Shown one piece after another: positions 29,913-40,408 of a DNA stretch of 64,000 nucleotides. The notes under the pieces were generated by a model, which made no database searches, had not been told where the DNA came from, and saw nothing but the letters and a program-made list of their open reading frames with translations. The DNA is from Brachyspira murdochii (GTDB taxonomy: Bacteria > Spirochaetota > JAAYUW01): contig DYJT01000001.1 of NCBI GenBank assembly GCA_020722965.1, positions 41,416 to 105,415 on the forward strand. The letters are read 5' to 3'. The stretch's first letter is position 1; each line of letters starts with the position of its first letter. The translations under genes and the position numbers were made by a program.

Positions 29913-31229
29913 TTAATCATATAATTGATAAATTGCAATAAACATACTAAAAATAACCGATAGATTTTGAATTGAATTCCTGTTCCCTTTAAATAATGTT
30001 TGATAGACATTAGTAAATATTTTATTCCTACTATCATATGAGATAGAAAGAAAGCATGTTCCAACTGGGTAATTTTCATGACCTGTTTTAGGACCAGCAA
30101 ACCCAGTAATCGCTATTGCAAAATCAGAATTAAAAAGGGATTTTGTATTTTCAGAAAGAGCTTTTGCGGTTTGAGAGGAGACAGCACCATGCTCATTCAA
30201 AATACTCTTATCAATTTTAATTATCTTTTCCTTACTGAAATCACTATAGCATACAACAGAGCCGATAAAATAGTTTGACGCCGAGGGAATAGATGTAAAC
30301 AACTGTGAAAATAAGCCTCCACAGCAGGATTCGGCTAAAGAAAATTTTAGTTTTTTGGTAGATACAAAATCAAAAAAGAGATTTATAAAATCTATTGAGT
30401 CTGTGATAATAATATCATAATCGGTTTCAAAATAATTTTTCTTAATTTTTTCATCATTGAAAACAAATTCTTTTTTAATCTCTTCTATACGATAACCTAG
30501 AAGATTTGAAAGATTGATGATTTTTTTTAAGTCATAAATTATATTTTGCATGTCTTGAGATTCTAAAGTTATAATTTTAAGATGAGATTTTGCATATATA
30601 CCACTAAATGAAAAAAGGTTAAGAGATTTTAATAGATTGTTTAAATAGCTTTCTGAAATATTGTAAACATAAAGATTTTTTTGATACAATTTCGATTGAG
30701 ACATTTTTTTTAATATAGGGTTGACACTTTCATTAAGGATATATTCAAACTCATTGGGTGGACCAGGGAGAAGAAAGAAGTGTTTTTCTTTATTGTTATG
30801 CTTATAAATAAAGTAAGAACCAAGAGCAAAACCAACATTGTTTTTTAATGGGTTAACAAGAAATCTGGCTTGTTTTAAATTTGATTCAATTAGTTCATTA
30901 TCAAAAGTACCTCTTGATTTTAAAAATGAGAGAATTTTTTCTGACTGATCTTTATCGACCTGGTAATCTATATTTAATGCTTTAGAAATAGAATTTAAAG
31001 TAACATCATCGAATGTTGGTCCTAGACCACCCATAATAAAAAAAAGATCAAAATCGTTAATTTCTTTTTTTAATGATTCAATTATAAGAGATTCATTGTC
31101 TTTTAAAATTAACTTTTTGTCAAAAGTAAAACCAAGGGACTTGGTAAGATTGTATAACTTAATTGAATTTTTATCGATTGTTTTACCATCAAAAATTTCA
31201 GATCCAATTATAAATGCTATTGCTTTCAT
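29913..31229 (-). CDS. cinA: CinA family protein (MoCF-binding N-domain plus PncC-like nicotinamide-nucleotide amidohydrolase C-domain)
   Basis: 438 aa; N-terminal GGLGPTFDDVT motif; C-terminal CinA domain ESCCGG. Confidence 0.8.
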   Translation of the reverse strand: MKAIAFIIGSEIFDGKTIDKNSIKLYNLTKSLGFTFDKKLILKDNESLIIESLKKEINDFDLFFIMGGLGPTFDDVTLNSISKALNIDYQVDKDQSEKILSFLKSRGTFDNELIESNLKQARFLVNPLKNNVGFALGSYFIYKHNNKEKHFFLLPGPPNEFEYILNESVNPILKKMSQSKLYQKNLYVYNISESYLNNLLKSLNLFSFSGIYAKSHLKIITLESQDMQNIIYDLKKIINLSNLLGYRIEEIKKEFVFNDEKIKKNYFETDYDIIITDSIDFINLFFDFVSTKKLKFSLAESCCGGLFSQLFTSIPSASNYFIGSVVCYSDFSKEKIIKIDKSILNEHGAVSSQTAKALSENTKSLFNSDFAIAITGFAGPKTGHENYPVGTCFLSISYDSRNKIFTNVYQTLFKGNRNSIQNLSVIFSMFIAIYQLYD

Positions 31230-31308
31230 ATTTAAATAATAACAATAAATTTTTTTTTATCAAAAAGAGAAATAATAAGGAAAAATAAATAATAAGAAAA
31301 AATAAAAA

Positions 31309-31340
31309 TTAAAAAAAAAGCAGGAGAGAACCCCCTGCTT
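31309..31340 (-). terminator. rho-independent terminator downstream of the M16 peptidase pair
   Basis: On the minus strand the hairpin AGCAGG-(9 nt)-CCTGCT is followed by a run of about nine T. Confidence 0.5.
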
Positions 31341-31369
31341 TTAATCTTATTGAAAATTATTGTTGAAAA

Positions 31370-32935
31370 TTATTTAGAACCAATATAGGTAAAATCTGCT
31401 GGGTTAATTAATGAAATTTGGTTTGGATCTCCAGAAATTTCCCACATAATTGGCTGAGTTACAATATATTTTTGAATCATATCGATTATCTGCTGAGCAG
31501 TAACATTTTTAACTCTATCAATATCAAGCAAATAATATCGATAATCGCCATGATGTAAAATAGAAAGCATTATTTGATTGGCAATAGCAGCGTTTGTTTG
31601 CTGTTTTTCGAATGTTCTGTTTATATAAAGAGTTTTATAAATATCAAGAACATCTGCAATTGGAGCAAATTGAATCTCTTTAGTATTAGTCTCATTAAGA
31701 TTTTGTGATGTAAGTGAAGTTTCTTTGATCTCTATTTTCATACTGATACATTTACCCTGTAATAAAGGTGTAATTGCCTCATCAATATATTTCTTGATAT
31801 TAGAAGCTTTAGAAATCTTGTAAATTACTATAGATGAGTAATTTGCCAAAAAGACTCTTGTGTAAGCCATTGGGGTGTAACATGCTGAATATTTTTCTCT
31901 AACAACAGCAAAGAGTAGGTCAGACATCATTTCAATTGCGATTGCAAAAGGTAGATATTCTGGATCGCTCATAGCAGGAGAAGCAAAATCACCTCTTAAA
32001 TATGTAACATCGGCCGATTGTGTAAAATTAACTTTTAATAGTTGATTTTTTACTTTCCCATAAAATGAAAAAGGTTCAGGAAATTTAACATTATTATTTT
32101 TAATTGTTCCAAGATCCTGATTTAACTTTGTTTTAAGCTCGTCAACGTTATAATTACCAACAGCCACAATGAACATTCTATTGGATGAAAAATAATCTTG
32201 ATAGTAATTTTTCACTTTTTCCAAAGTCATTTTTCTTAATGAGTATGAAGTTCCATCTGGATTAGCCTCATAAGGTGTGTTTCTGAAAAATTCTTTATTA
32301 AGTTTTAAGATTCCAAGCATATAGGGACTGGATCTTGTATCTTCCTCATACATCTTCATTTCTGATAATACTTTATTATAATCTGATTCGGTGAACGAAG
32401 GATTTGCGAGAGTATCAAGCCAGATTGGTAAAGTTTGATCAAAATATTTATCAAGGGTATTTAAACTATAAGTTGAATAGTCAAAACTCGTGACTACAGA
32501 AATACCAGAGGATGTTTTATCCATTGTGTCAACTATCTGTTGATATTGAAATTTAGCGGAACCTCTTGCCATAGTTTTAAGCATTAATTGTTCTATACCG
32601 GCATTTTCTTTAGTAGATAAAGAGGAGCCACCTCTTAAAACTAATTGTATATTGTATACCTTATTGTCCGGGTTGATCTTAACAATTACGGGTATGCCAT
32701 TATCAAGAGTAAAAACTTTAAATGTCGGTATCTGTGCTTTTGCATAAGGTCCGAATTCACCTTTAAATGCATCTTCTTTTGCAGTCAATTGAAGAGGTAT
32801 ATCTACATATTTAATAGCAGTAGTTGTAGGTGTAGAAGTGCTGGATTGAGTTTGCGTTTTTGTAGTTGTTTGACATGCAAAAAGGAGAGAGAATATTAAT
32901 ATTAATGAAATAATAAGAATATATGATTTTTTCAC
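31370..32935 (-). CDS. M16 family peptidase-like lipoprotein; no HxxEH motif, so likely the non-catalytic partner subunit
   Basis: 521 aa; signal peptide with lipobox LLFAC; T/S/Q-rich linker; M16 fold but no inverzincin HxxEH. Confidence 0.7.
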   Translation of the reverse strand: MKKSYILIISLILIFSLLFACQTTTKTQTQSSTSTPTTTAIKYVDIPLQLTAKEDAFKGEFGPYAKAQIPTFKVFTLDNGIPVIVKINPDNKVYNIQLVLRGGSSLSTKENAGIEQLMLKTMARGSAKFQYQQIVDTMDKTSSGISVVTSFDYSTYSLNTLDKYFDQTLPIWLDTLANPSFTESDYNKVLSEMKMYEEDTRSSPYMLGILKLNKEFFRNTPYEANPDGTSYSLRKMTLEKVKNYYQDYFSSNRMFIVAVGNYNVDELKTKLNQDLGTIKNNNVKFPEPFSFYGKVKNQLLKVNFTQSADVTYLRGDFASPAMSDPEYLPFAIAIEMMSDLLFAVVREKYSACYTPMAYTRVFLANYSSIVIYKISKASNIKKYIDEAITPLLQGKCISMKIEIKETSLTSQNLNETNTKEIQFAPIADVLDIYKTLYINRTFEKQQTNAAIANQIMLSILHHGDYRYYLLDIDRVKNVTAQQIIDMIQKYIVTQPIMWEISGDPNQISLINPADFTYIGSK

Positions 32936-32954
32936 CTTTTTCTCCTTTTATTAA

Positions 32955-34415
32955 TTATTTCTTATTCCACCAGTAAGCGTTATCAAAATTGACAATCTCA
33001 TAATTGAAATTTTTAATGTTATCTGCCATTTTGGTATCTTCTTCAAATCGAGTTTTATGCAATCTGATAGCCATAACAGAAGGTTTGTCAATAATATATT
33101 TTTTGATTAGATTCTGAATATTTGAAACAGTGACTTTTCTGCAGTTATCTTCATAATTAAAGAAGTAGTCAGTTGTTGCAACTGTCCACCAGAAACTAAT
33201 TGTATCAATAAATGTTGAAGGAGTTTCCATAGTATATAGATTATAGTCAGAAAGTTTCGTCTTCGCAAGCTCTAATTCTTCCGGTGTAAAATAATTTGGA
33301 TCGTTTGCAACCTTAATAAATTCTTCTATTACAACTTTTCTTAATCTTTCAACCTCACCTATTATGTTATCAACTGCTGTATCTATATAAGCATAAAAAT
33401 AGATGACTCCACCATCTCTTTGAGTTGGATATGAGACATCCATATATTCAGGATCAAGAAGAATTGGACTACCAGCGTAGATATTCTTCTTAAATTTACC
33501 ATTAGGATTTGAAACCAAAAATAAAAATACATCGGTCGCATAGGTATCTGCAGTATTTACAAGAACATCAGGACCTCTATAAGATATTTTTACAAATCCA
33601 TATCTTGCGTAGAAGGTGCCATCTGGATATATAAGATTAACATCTGCTGGTAAAGTAGGATGAGGATCTAAAGGTTTAGCCCATGGATCGGCTCCCTTTT
33701 CCCAATCTCCATAATGTTTTTTTGTATATTCAAAAACTTCCTTTGGATTGACATCTCCACCAACAATTAAAGTCGCATTGTTTGGGATATAAAATCTGTT
33801 TTGGATATCTTTTAGTTGTTCAACAGTTGCATTTTTAACGATCTCAATAGAACCAGAAACATCCCTTCGCCATGGATATTTGTAAAACATCTTGTTATTT
33901 ATGGCTGAATAAAAAATATTACGAGGATCAACTAAATAACCCTGTACTTCACTTGCAACAACTTCTTTTTCAGGTTCAAGCTCTTCTTTTAAAAGTAAAG
34001 GTTCTTTAACTGCATAAGCCCAAAACTCTAAACCTTTTTCAAGATTTGATGAAGGGATTGTAAAATGATATTCGACATATTCAGTTGAAGTACCACCATT
34101 CCAGGAAGATGCTCCAAGTTGGTTAATGGCTGCCATAAATTCACTTTGAGTTTTGTATTTGCTGTTACCTTTAAACAGCATGTGTTCATATAGGTGGAAC
34201 AAACCACAGTTTGAGGGGTCTTGAGAGATTGCACCAGTTCTAAATGCTATTTGTACTGTAGCTAATGGAACACTATGATTCTCAACGACAAATAGTTCAA
34301 GACCATTGTCAAGAACAAAGTGAGTAAGTCCAGGAATGCTTGACGCACTAATGAAAAGAATCATCAAAAAAGAAACTGCAACTAGCAAAAATACAATTTG
34401 CTTTTTAGAGAACAT
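32955..34415 (-). CDS. M16 family zinc peptidase (pitrilysin-like), catalytic subunit
   Basis: 486 aa; N-terminal TM/signal helix; inverzincin motif HLYEH plus a downstream Glu. Confidence 0.75.
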   Translation of the reverse strand: MFSKKQIVFLLVAVSFLMILFISASSIPGLTHFVLDNGLELFVVENHSVPLATVQIAFRTGAISQDPSNCGLFHLYEHMLFKGNSKYKTQSEFMAAINQLGASSWNGGTSTEYVEYHFTIPSSNLEKGLEFWAYAVKEPLLLKEELEPEKEVVASEVQGYLVDPRNIFYSAINNKMFYKYPWRRDVSGSIEIVKNATVEQLKDIQNRFYIPNNATLIVGGDVNPKEVFEYTKKHYGDWEKGADPWAKPLDPHPTLPADVNLIYPDGTFYARYGFVKISYRGPDVLVNTADTYATDVFLFLVSNPNGKFKKNIYAGSPILLDPEYMDVSYPTQRDGGVIYFYAYIDTAVDNIIGEVERLRKVVIEEFIKVANDPNYFTPEELELAKTKLSDYNLYTMETPSTFIDTISFWWTVATTDYFFNYEDNCRKVTVSNIQNLIKKYIIDKPSVMAIRLHKTRFEEDTKMADNIKNFNYEIVNFDNAYWWNKK

Positions 34416-34423
34416 ATCTCCTC

Positions 34424-35107
34424 CTAAATTGTAATAAGGATTGTCGGTAATGAATTCAAATCATGTATCATAAAGTCGGATTTAGCAATCTCGCTTTGAT
34501 TGCCATGACCGACAATTCCACAAAAATAAACAGAATTATCTCTGGCTGCGTTAAGGTCAACTAATCTGTCTCCAACCATCAGTAATTCGTTACTTTTAAG
34601 GTTATATTTATTTAAATAATAAGCTAAAATATCCTTCTTAGAATAAAATTTTTGAAAATCTACAAAATGGGTTTCATTAAAATATTTATCGAGGTTATAA
34701 GTTTGTAAAACCGCATTACCATATATAGATGAACCATTAGATGCTGTGCCAATCAAATAGTTTGATTCACTTAGATTTTTAATAATTTCAAAGGAATTTT
34801 CCGTTAATTTCCCTTCATTATTTCTGATCTTTTCTTCTAGTATTTTAAGAAGATGTTGTCTAAATATATCGTGGTAATCACTTGGAAGATAAGGGAAAAG
34901 AGCCGATACTATTTCTTTGTAAGTTTTGCCAATTAAAAAAACGATATCTGCTTTTTGAGGTTTATTTAATGATAGTGTGGGATATCTATCACAAAATTGA
35001 TTAATAGCAATACTATAAGCATCTTCAATAAAATTACTGGAATCAAATAATACACCATCAATGTCAAATGCAATAAACTTAATCATATAGTTTTCGTAAA
35101 TTATCAC
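34424..35107 (-). CDS. HAD-superfamily hydrolase (start probably at the Met near 35086)
   Basis: HAD motif I FDIDGVL; motif III/IV region GDRLVD. Confidence 0.65.
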   Translation of the reverse strand: MIIYENYMIKFIAFDIDGVLFDSSNFIEDAYSIAINQFCDRYPTLSLNKPQKADIVFLIGKTYKEIVSALFPYLPSDYHDIFRQHLLKILEEKIRNNEGKLTENSFEIIKNLSESNYLIGTASNGSSIYGNAVLQTYNLDKYFNETHFVDFQKFYSKKDILAYYLNKYNLKSNELLMVGDRLVDLNAARDNSVYFCGIVGHGNQSEIAKSDFMIHDLNSLPTILITI

Positions 35108-35591
35108 TTTATTTAATTCAAACTTAAAATATCAATAAATTTTAATTTCATTTTGTCAAGAAATATGTTTTTTAATAAAATATTTCTGTTATCGACCAAG
35201 TTTTAACTAATATATTTGATTTTTAACAAGATTCTTACTAAATTTATATATAAAGAAAAAAAAGTAAAATAAATCTTTAATAGATAATCTTTTTTTGAGA
35301 AATATGTATATATCAATATGTAATAGAAATTAAATATTTATATTTAAATAATTTATTAAAGGGATAAAATTGTTAAATAAATAGAAGATCAATAAAAATA
35401 AAATATCAATGAAAAATAAAAATTGAAAAGATAAAATCAATAAGTAATTTAAAGATAGTAATTAAAAATATAAGAAAAATTTGAAATAGAAAAATTTTTG
35501 TTAATAAATAGTATAAGAAGTTAAATAGCTTATATAATATATCCGCAGGTGTTTTTAGTTCGTTATAATAAATAATATAAGGAGTTCGAAT

Positions 35592-36101
35592 ATGAGAATT
35601 TTAGTTTTTTCCGATACACATGATAGATTGAGTAAAATTGAATTTCTAAGAAAGAAGGTTGAAGAGATTAAACCAGACTATTTAATTCATCTTGGCGATT
35701 TTGTTTCTCCTTTTTTTATTTATCAAATGTTTAAAGATTTAAAAAAGGAGGTCGGTGTCCAAAAAATAATATTGATTAAAGGAAATAATGATGGAGATAT
35801 AGAATTAATAAAAAAGACATGCGATAAGGTAGATGCTGAATTTTATCCTGAATTTTATAAAGATAAAATAGACGGAAAAAATATTTTCGCTATTCATAAA
35901 CCAGATATAGCAGAAATGCTTGCGAAATCAGGTGATTTTGATTATCTTTTTTATGGGCATACTCATAAAACAGATGATAGAAAAATTAATAATTCTAGAT
36001 TAATAAATCCAGGAACTGCTTCGGGTTATCTTGCAGAAAAGGCGACATTTATAACATTGGATATAAGTAAAGATCAATTGGTATTTCATGAAATTAATTA
36101 A
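35592..36101 (+). CDS. metallophosphoesterase, YfcE/MJ0936 family
   Basis: 169 aa; motifs DTHD, GD, GNND, GHTH; AAGGAG RBS. Confidence 0.7.
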   Translation: MRILVFSDTHDRLSKIEFLRKKVEEIKPDYLIHLGDFVSPFFIYQMFKDLKKEVGVQKIILIKGNNDGDIELIKKTCDKVDAEFYPEFYKDKIDGKNIFAIHKPDIAEMLAKSGDFDYLFYGHTHKTDDRKINNSRLINPGTASGYLAEKATFITLDISKDQLVFHEIN

Positions 36102-36177
36102 AAATTAAAAATAAATATTTTTAACTTTAACGATAAATTAATAAATAACAATGATAACTCCTAGTTATCATGATAAT

Positions 36178-36468
36178 TTAAATAGTTTCTTCATTGCTAC
36201 AGATAATGGTCTTTTGCTCATATAGTTTTGCTATTTCTTCCTTTGAAAAAAAACTAAAATATTGGCATGGGAATTTTGGGCAAACAAAACAGAAAGAGAT
36301 ACCCTTTTTTTCAGCACAAAATTTAATATCACAATTTTGACAATTTATAGATATTTTTTTATTTTCAGATAAAACTGTTTTGCAACCCGCGCATTCATGG
36401 TTAAGATATAATTCACACGATGAGCAATTTTTACCACAATAACCGAAATTATCTATTTCGTTTACCAT
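36178..36468 (-). CDS. small cysteine-rich protein (DUF3795-like)
   Basis: 96 aa with 15 Cys in repeated CxxC/CxC spacing, starting GYCGKNCSSCELY. Confidence 0.45.
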   Translation of the reverse strand: MVNEIDNFGYCGKNCSSCELYLNHECAGCKTVLSENKKISINCQNCDIKFCAEKKGISFCFVCPKFPCQYFSFFSKEEIAKLYEQKTIICSNEETI

Positions 36469-36556
36469 GACAAAATTAATATTGTAAAAAATAAAAACTG
36501 CAAATGGAATATGGCAAAGTATTGTTTAATAATATAAAAAATAGCAAGGATTTATA

Positions 36557-37798
36557 ATGCGTTTCGATCATATAAGTCAAATTAAGGCATTCTTAAAAGA
36601 GTTGTTTGAATTTTCAAAAGAATCCTCTTTTTATTGCATTGGAGAAACGGCTATTAACATACTTGAAGGCAAGATTCCTCAATATTTTATGATATTATCT
36701 GACATAGATATTTATAAGATATATAAATTCTTTGACAATGTAATAAATATTGAATTATATCCCTTCTCTTTTTCTTTTAATTACAAGGGGGAACAATTTT
36801 TTTTAATAACAATGGATATAAACAAGAGAAAACAATCTGAAAATTATTTTCATAATATTATTGGTGAAATTAGCGAAAAAAGTTTAGTAATCCCACTTAT
36901 CTATGATATTTCTAAAGGAGTTTTTAAAAATTTAAATGATATCTTTTATTTAAATAGAAAAAATAATAAGGATAATGAAATTAAAAGTTATTCAAATGTT
37001 AAAATTTATAAGGTAATTTATAACGAAAAGAGCAGGTTTACAAATTTCGCGATCAGGTATATTGATGCAAAAAAGGTAAGAGACAAAATCAAAAATGAAA
37101 TCAAATATGAAGAATTTGATGAAAATAAAAATCCTGAAAATCCTTTATTTTTTTACATTAATCATATTTTAAAAAATATTGATAAGCAAAATCAGCAATT
37201 AAAGTTTAGGTTATCTTTTTTATTTTTTGCCTTTACTTCTTTTGAATCAAAAATTCTTGTCGAAGAACTGTCAAAAACAGACTTTTTTATCGATCTTTTT
37301 CCAATTCTTTCACAGTGTAAAAATCATTTTCAATCAAAAGAATATCATCCCGAGGGGACTCTATACGATCATCTAATATTAACGGTTAAAGAAATCGAAT
37401 CGAATTCTTTTGAATTAAAAATTGCAGGATTGTTACATGATATAGGCAAAATCGAGAGTATTAGTTTTAAGAATAACTCATCGAAACCAAAATATCCAAA
37501 CCATTCATTTCTATCATCTAAAATTGCCAGAAAATACCTGATAAAATATGAGAATTATTTTTCTTTTATACCTGATTTAATTGAAAAAATCTGCTTTTTA
37601 ATAGAAAACCATATGAAAGTAGCATTTTTACCGGATTTAGAAGAAAATAAAATAAAGGAAATTATCAGTTCTAAATATTTGAAAGATCTATTAAAATTAT
37701 TGAAAGCCGATTTAAAGGCTTCCTCTGCGGATTTGGGTATTTATAAAAGAACAATTTCTTTCTTGCAGAAAAGGCTTGGGGCAAATTTTAATAGGTAA
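36557..37798 (+). CDS. HD-domain protein with a degenerate N-terminal nucleotidyltransferase head (CCA-adding-enzyme-like)
   Basis: 413 aa; C-terminal half HPEGTLYDH...AGLLHDIGK is the classic CCA-enzyme HD motif; N-terminus IGETAINILEG...LSDIDI resembles a degraded GGxVRD...DxD motif. Confidence 0.45.
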   Translation: MRFDHISQIKAFLKELFEFSKESSFYCIGETAINILEGKIPQYFMILSDIDIYKIYKFFDNVINIELYPFSFSFNYKGEQFFLITMDINKRKQSENYFHNIIGEISEKSLVIPLIYDISKGVFKNLNDIFYLNRKNNKDNEIKSYSNVKIYKVIYNEKSRFTNFAIRYIDAKKVRDKIKNEIKYEEFDENKNPENPLFFYINHILKNIDKQNQQLKFRLSFLFFAFTSFESKILVEELSKTDFFIDLFPILSQCKNHFQSKEYHPEGTLYDHLILTVKEIESNSFELKIAGLLHDIGKIESISFKNNSSKPKYPNHSFLSSKIARKYLIKYENYFSFIPDLIEKICFLIENHMKVAFLPDLEENKIKEIISSKYLKDLLKLLKADLKASSADLGIYKRTISFLQKRLGANFNR

Positions 37799-37920
37799 AT
37801 TAAAGTTTAAATCATATAATAAAAAATTTTTTTATAGAAAGAAAAAATTTTATAGTAAGTTAGTTTTTCATCAATTTTACTTGACATAAGTCTATAGGTT
37901 AATAACATTAAAAAAAGGGG

Positions 37921-39186
37921 TTGAAAATGAATATCCTGAGAAGAAATTTAAAAGAAGTCGATCCAGAAATTTATGAAGTTATACATAAAGAATTAAAAAG
38001 ACAGGAAGAAAAACTTGAATTAATAGCGTCAGAAAATGCCGTTTCTAAAGCTGTCCTTGAGGCTCAGGGTTCTGTTCTTACCAATAAATATGCAGAAGGT
38101 TATCCCGGAAGAAGATATTATGGTGGATGTGAATATATTGATGAAGCAGAAGAACTAGCCAGATCTAGAGCTAAAGAACTTTTTAATGTAAAATTCGCCA
38201 ATGTTCAGCCACATTCTGGTAGTCAGGCAAATATGGGTGTATATTTTTCTGTATTAAAACCCGGTGATACTATAATGGGAATGGACCTTTCACATGGAGG
38301 TCATTTAACTCATGGATCTCCAGTAAATTTTTCGGGTATTTTCTTCAATGTAGTACATTATGGAGTAGATAAAGAGACAGAACAGATAAATTACGATAAG
38401 GTTGCCCAGCAGGTTAAAGAAGTTAAACCAAAAATGCTTGTTGTTGGAGCATCGGCTTATCCAAGAATCATTGATTTCAAAAGATTTAAAGAAATCGCCG
38501 ATAGTGTTGGAGCCTATTTGATGGTTGATATGGCACATATAGCCGGTTTAGTAGCCGCAGGATTACATCCAAATCCCTGTGAATATGCTCATTTTGTAAC
38601 TACAACTACGCATAAAACATTAAGGGGTCCAAGAGGTGGAATGATATTGACAAATGATCCTGAATTAAGCAAGCTTGTCAATAAAACAATTTTCCCTGGA
38701 ATCCAGGGAGGTCCTTTGATGCATGTAATAGCCGCCAAAGCAGTAGCATTTAAAGAAGCCTTATCTGATGAATTTAAATTATATCAGAAAAAAATTCTTG
38801 AAAATGCTCAAGCATTGGTAAAAGCATTAAAAGAAGAAGGTTTTAGAATAGTATCAAATGGGACAGATAATCATTTAATGCTCGTAGATGTCACTTCAAA
38901 GGGTGTAACAGGGAAAGAAGCCGAAAAAATGCTTGATGATGCTCATATCACATGTAACAAAAACACGATCCCATTCGACCCAAATCCTCCAACAATAGCT
39001 TCTGGTATAAGACTTGGTACTCCTCAGCTTACAACAAGAGGGATGGGTATAAGTGAGATGAAGATTATAGCTTCTTTAATTAATAAGGTTTTAATGGAAA
39101 AGAGTGAAAAATCAAAAAACCATGTGATAAATGAAGTTAGTAAATTATGTGAGAAATTCCCACTTTACAAAGGGATAATAGATTAA
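37921..39186 (+). CDS. glyA: serine hydroxymethyltransferase
   Basis: 421 aa; PLP-lysine motif [14 protein letters not shown]; SHMT N-terminus [11 protein letters not shown]. Confidence 0.95.
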   Translation: MKMNILRRNLKEVDPEIYEVIHKELKRQEEKLELIASENAVSKAVLEAQGSVLTNKYAEGYPGRRYYGGCEYIDEAEELARSRAKELFNVKFANVQPHSGSQANMGVYFSVLKPGDTIMGMDLSHGGHLTHGSPVNFSGIFFNVVHYGVDKETEQINYDKVAQQVKEVKPKMLVVGASAYPRIIDFKRFKEIADSVGAYLMVDMAHIAGLVAAGLHPNPCEYAHFVTTTTHKTLRGPRGGMILTNDPELSKLVNKTIFPGIQGGPLMHVIAAKAVAFKEALSDEFKLYQKKILENAQALVKALKEEGFRIVSNGTDNHLMLVDVTSKGVTGKEAEKMLDDAHITCNKNTIPFDPNPPTIASGIRLGTPQLTTRGMGISEMKIIASLINKVLMEKSEKSKNHVINEVSKLCEKFPLYKGIID

Positions 39187-39223
39187 AAGATTAAAAAATC
39201 TAATCAATATTAAGGAGAAAATC

Positions 39224-40336
39224 ATGTCTGATGATCAAAATTTAAAACGAACACCTTTGTACTCATCTTATTCAAAGTACCCTGGTGTTAAATTTGTCGA
39301 TTTTGGGGGTTGGGAACTTCCAGTTCAATTCGAAGCTGGTATCATGGCTGAACATATGGCTGTACGTAAAAATGCCGGTATGTTCGATGTTTCTCATATG
39401 GGTGAAATAATTGTTGAAGGTCCCGATGCAGAAAAATATGTAGATTACCTGGTAACTAACGATGTAAAATCAATGGAAAATGAGCAGGTAATTTATACAT
39501 TAATGTGCTATCCAGAAGGTGGCGTGGTCGATGATCTTTTGGTATATAAATATAGCAAGAAAAAATATTTACTTGTAGTAAATGCCTCCAATGCCGATAA
39601 GGATTTTGAATGGATAAGTTCAAATAAAAATTGTGCTGTATCGATAGAAAATATCTCTAATATGATAGTTCAAATAGCATTTCAAGGTCCAAAAGCAGAA
39701 GAAATCCTTCAAAAATATGTAGATTTTAATCTTTCAACTATCAAATTTTTTCATTTTAAAGATCCGGTTAAAATAAATGGAATCGACTGTATTGTATCCA
39801 GAACAGGTTATACAGGAGAGGATGGTTTTGAAATATATGTAAATTCCGAACAGGGTAAGATGGTATGGGATTACATCTACGAAAAAACAAGAAAAGATAA
39901 TGTGTTGCCATGTGGACTTGGATGCAGAGATACTTTACGCTTTGAGGCTAAGTTACCACTTTATGGTCATGAAATTAGCAAGGAAATTACACCAATTGAA
40001 GCAGGATTAAAATATTTTATTAAATTAGATAAGGATAATTTTATAGGGAAAGAAGTTCTTTTAAATCAGGCTAACAATGGTGTAAAAAGATCCTTAAAAG
40101 GTCTTGAGATGGTTGATAAAGGTGTTCCAAGGAATGGTTATAAGGTTTTTAAAGATCAAAAAGAAATCGGTTTTATAACAACTGGTTCTTATTCACCGAT
40201 GTTAGATAAAAATGTCGCACTTGCATTAATTGATAGTTCATTAAAACTTGGTGACGAGGTCTATGTTGAAATACATGGTAAATTGAAAAAAGCAATTTTG
40301 GTTAAAACCCCTTTTTATAAAAATACTAAAAAATAA
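39224..40336 (+). CDS. gcvT: glycine cleavage system T protein (aminomethyltransferase)
   Basis: 370 aa; GcvT N-terminus KRTPLY...HMAVRKNAGMFDVSHMG. Confidence 0.9.
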   Translation: MSDDQNLKRTPLYSSYSKYPGVKFVDFGGWELPVQFEAGIMAEHMAVRKNAGMFDVSHMGEIIVEGPDAEKYVDYLVTNDVKSMENEQVIYTLMCYPEGGVVDDLLVYKYSKKKYLLVVNASNADKDFEWISSNKNCAVSIENISNMIVQIAFQGPKAEEILQKYVDFNLSTIKFFHFKDPVKINGIDCIVSRTGYTGEDGFEIYVNSEQGKMVWDYIYEKTRKDNVLPCGLGCRDTLRFEAKLPLYGHEISKEITPIEAGLKYFIKLDKDNFIGKEVLLNQANNGVKRSLKGLEMVDKGVPRNGYKVFKDQKEIGFITTGSYSPMLDKNVALALIDSSLKLGDEVYVEIHGKLKKAILVKTPFYKNTKK

Positions 40337-40408
40337 GATTGCAAAAATAATTTTATTTTTTATAAGTTTATTAAATTATATTAGATAAATTATCAAAATG
40401 GAGGAAAT

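Noticed and set aside
37799-39223. Possible glycine riboswitch upstream of glyA or gcvT
   Set aside because: The leaders are AT-rich and too short (glyA-gcvT spacer 37 nt), and the conserved GC-rich aptamer core elements are not visible.
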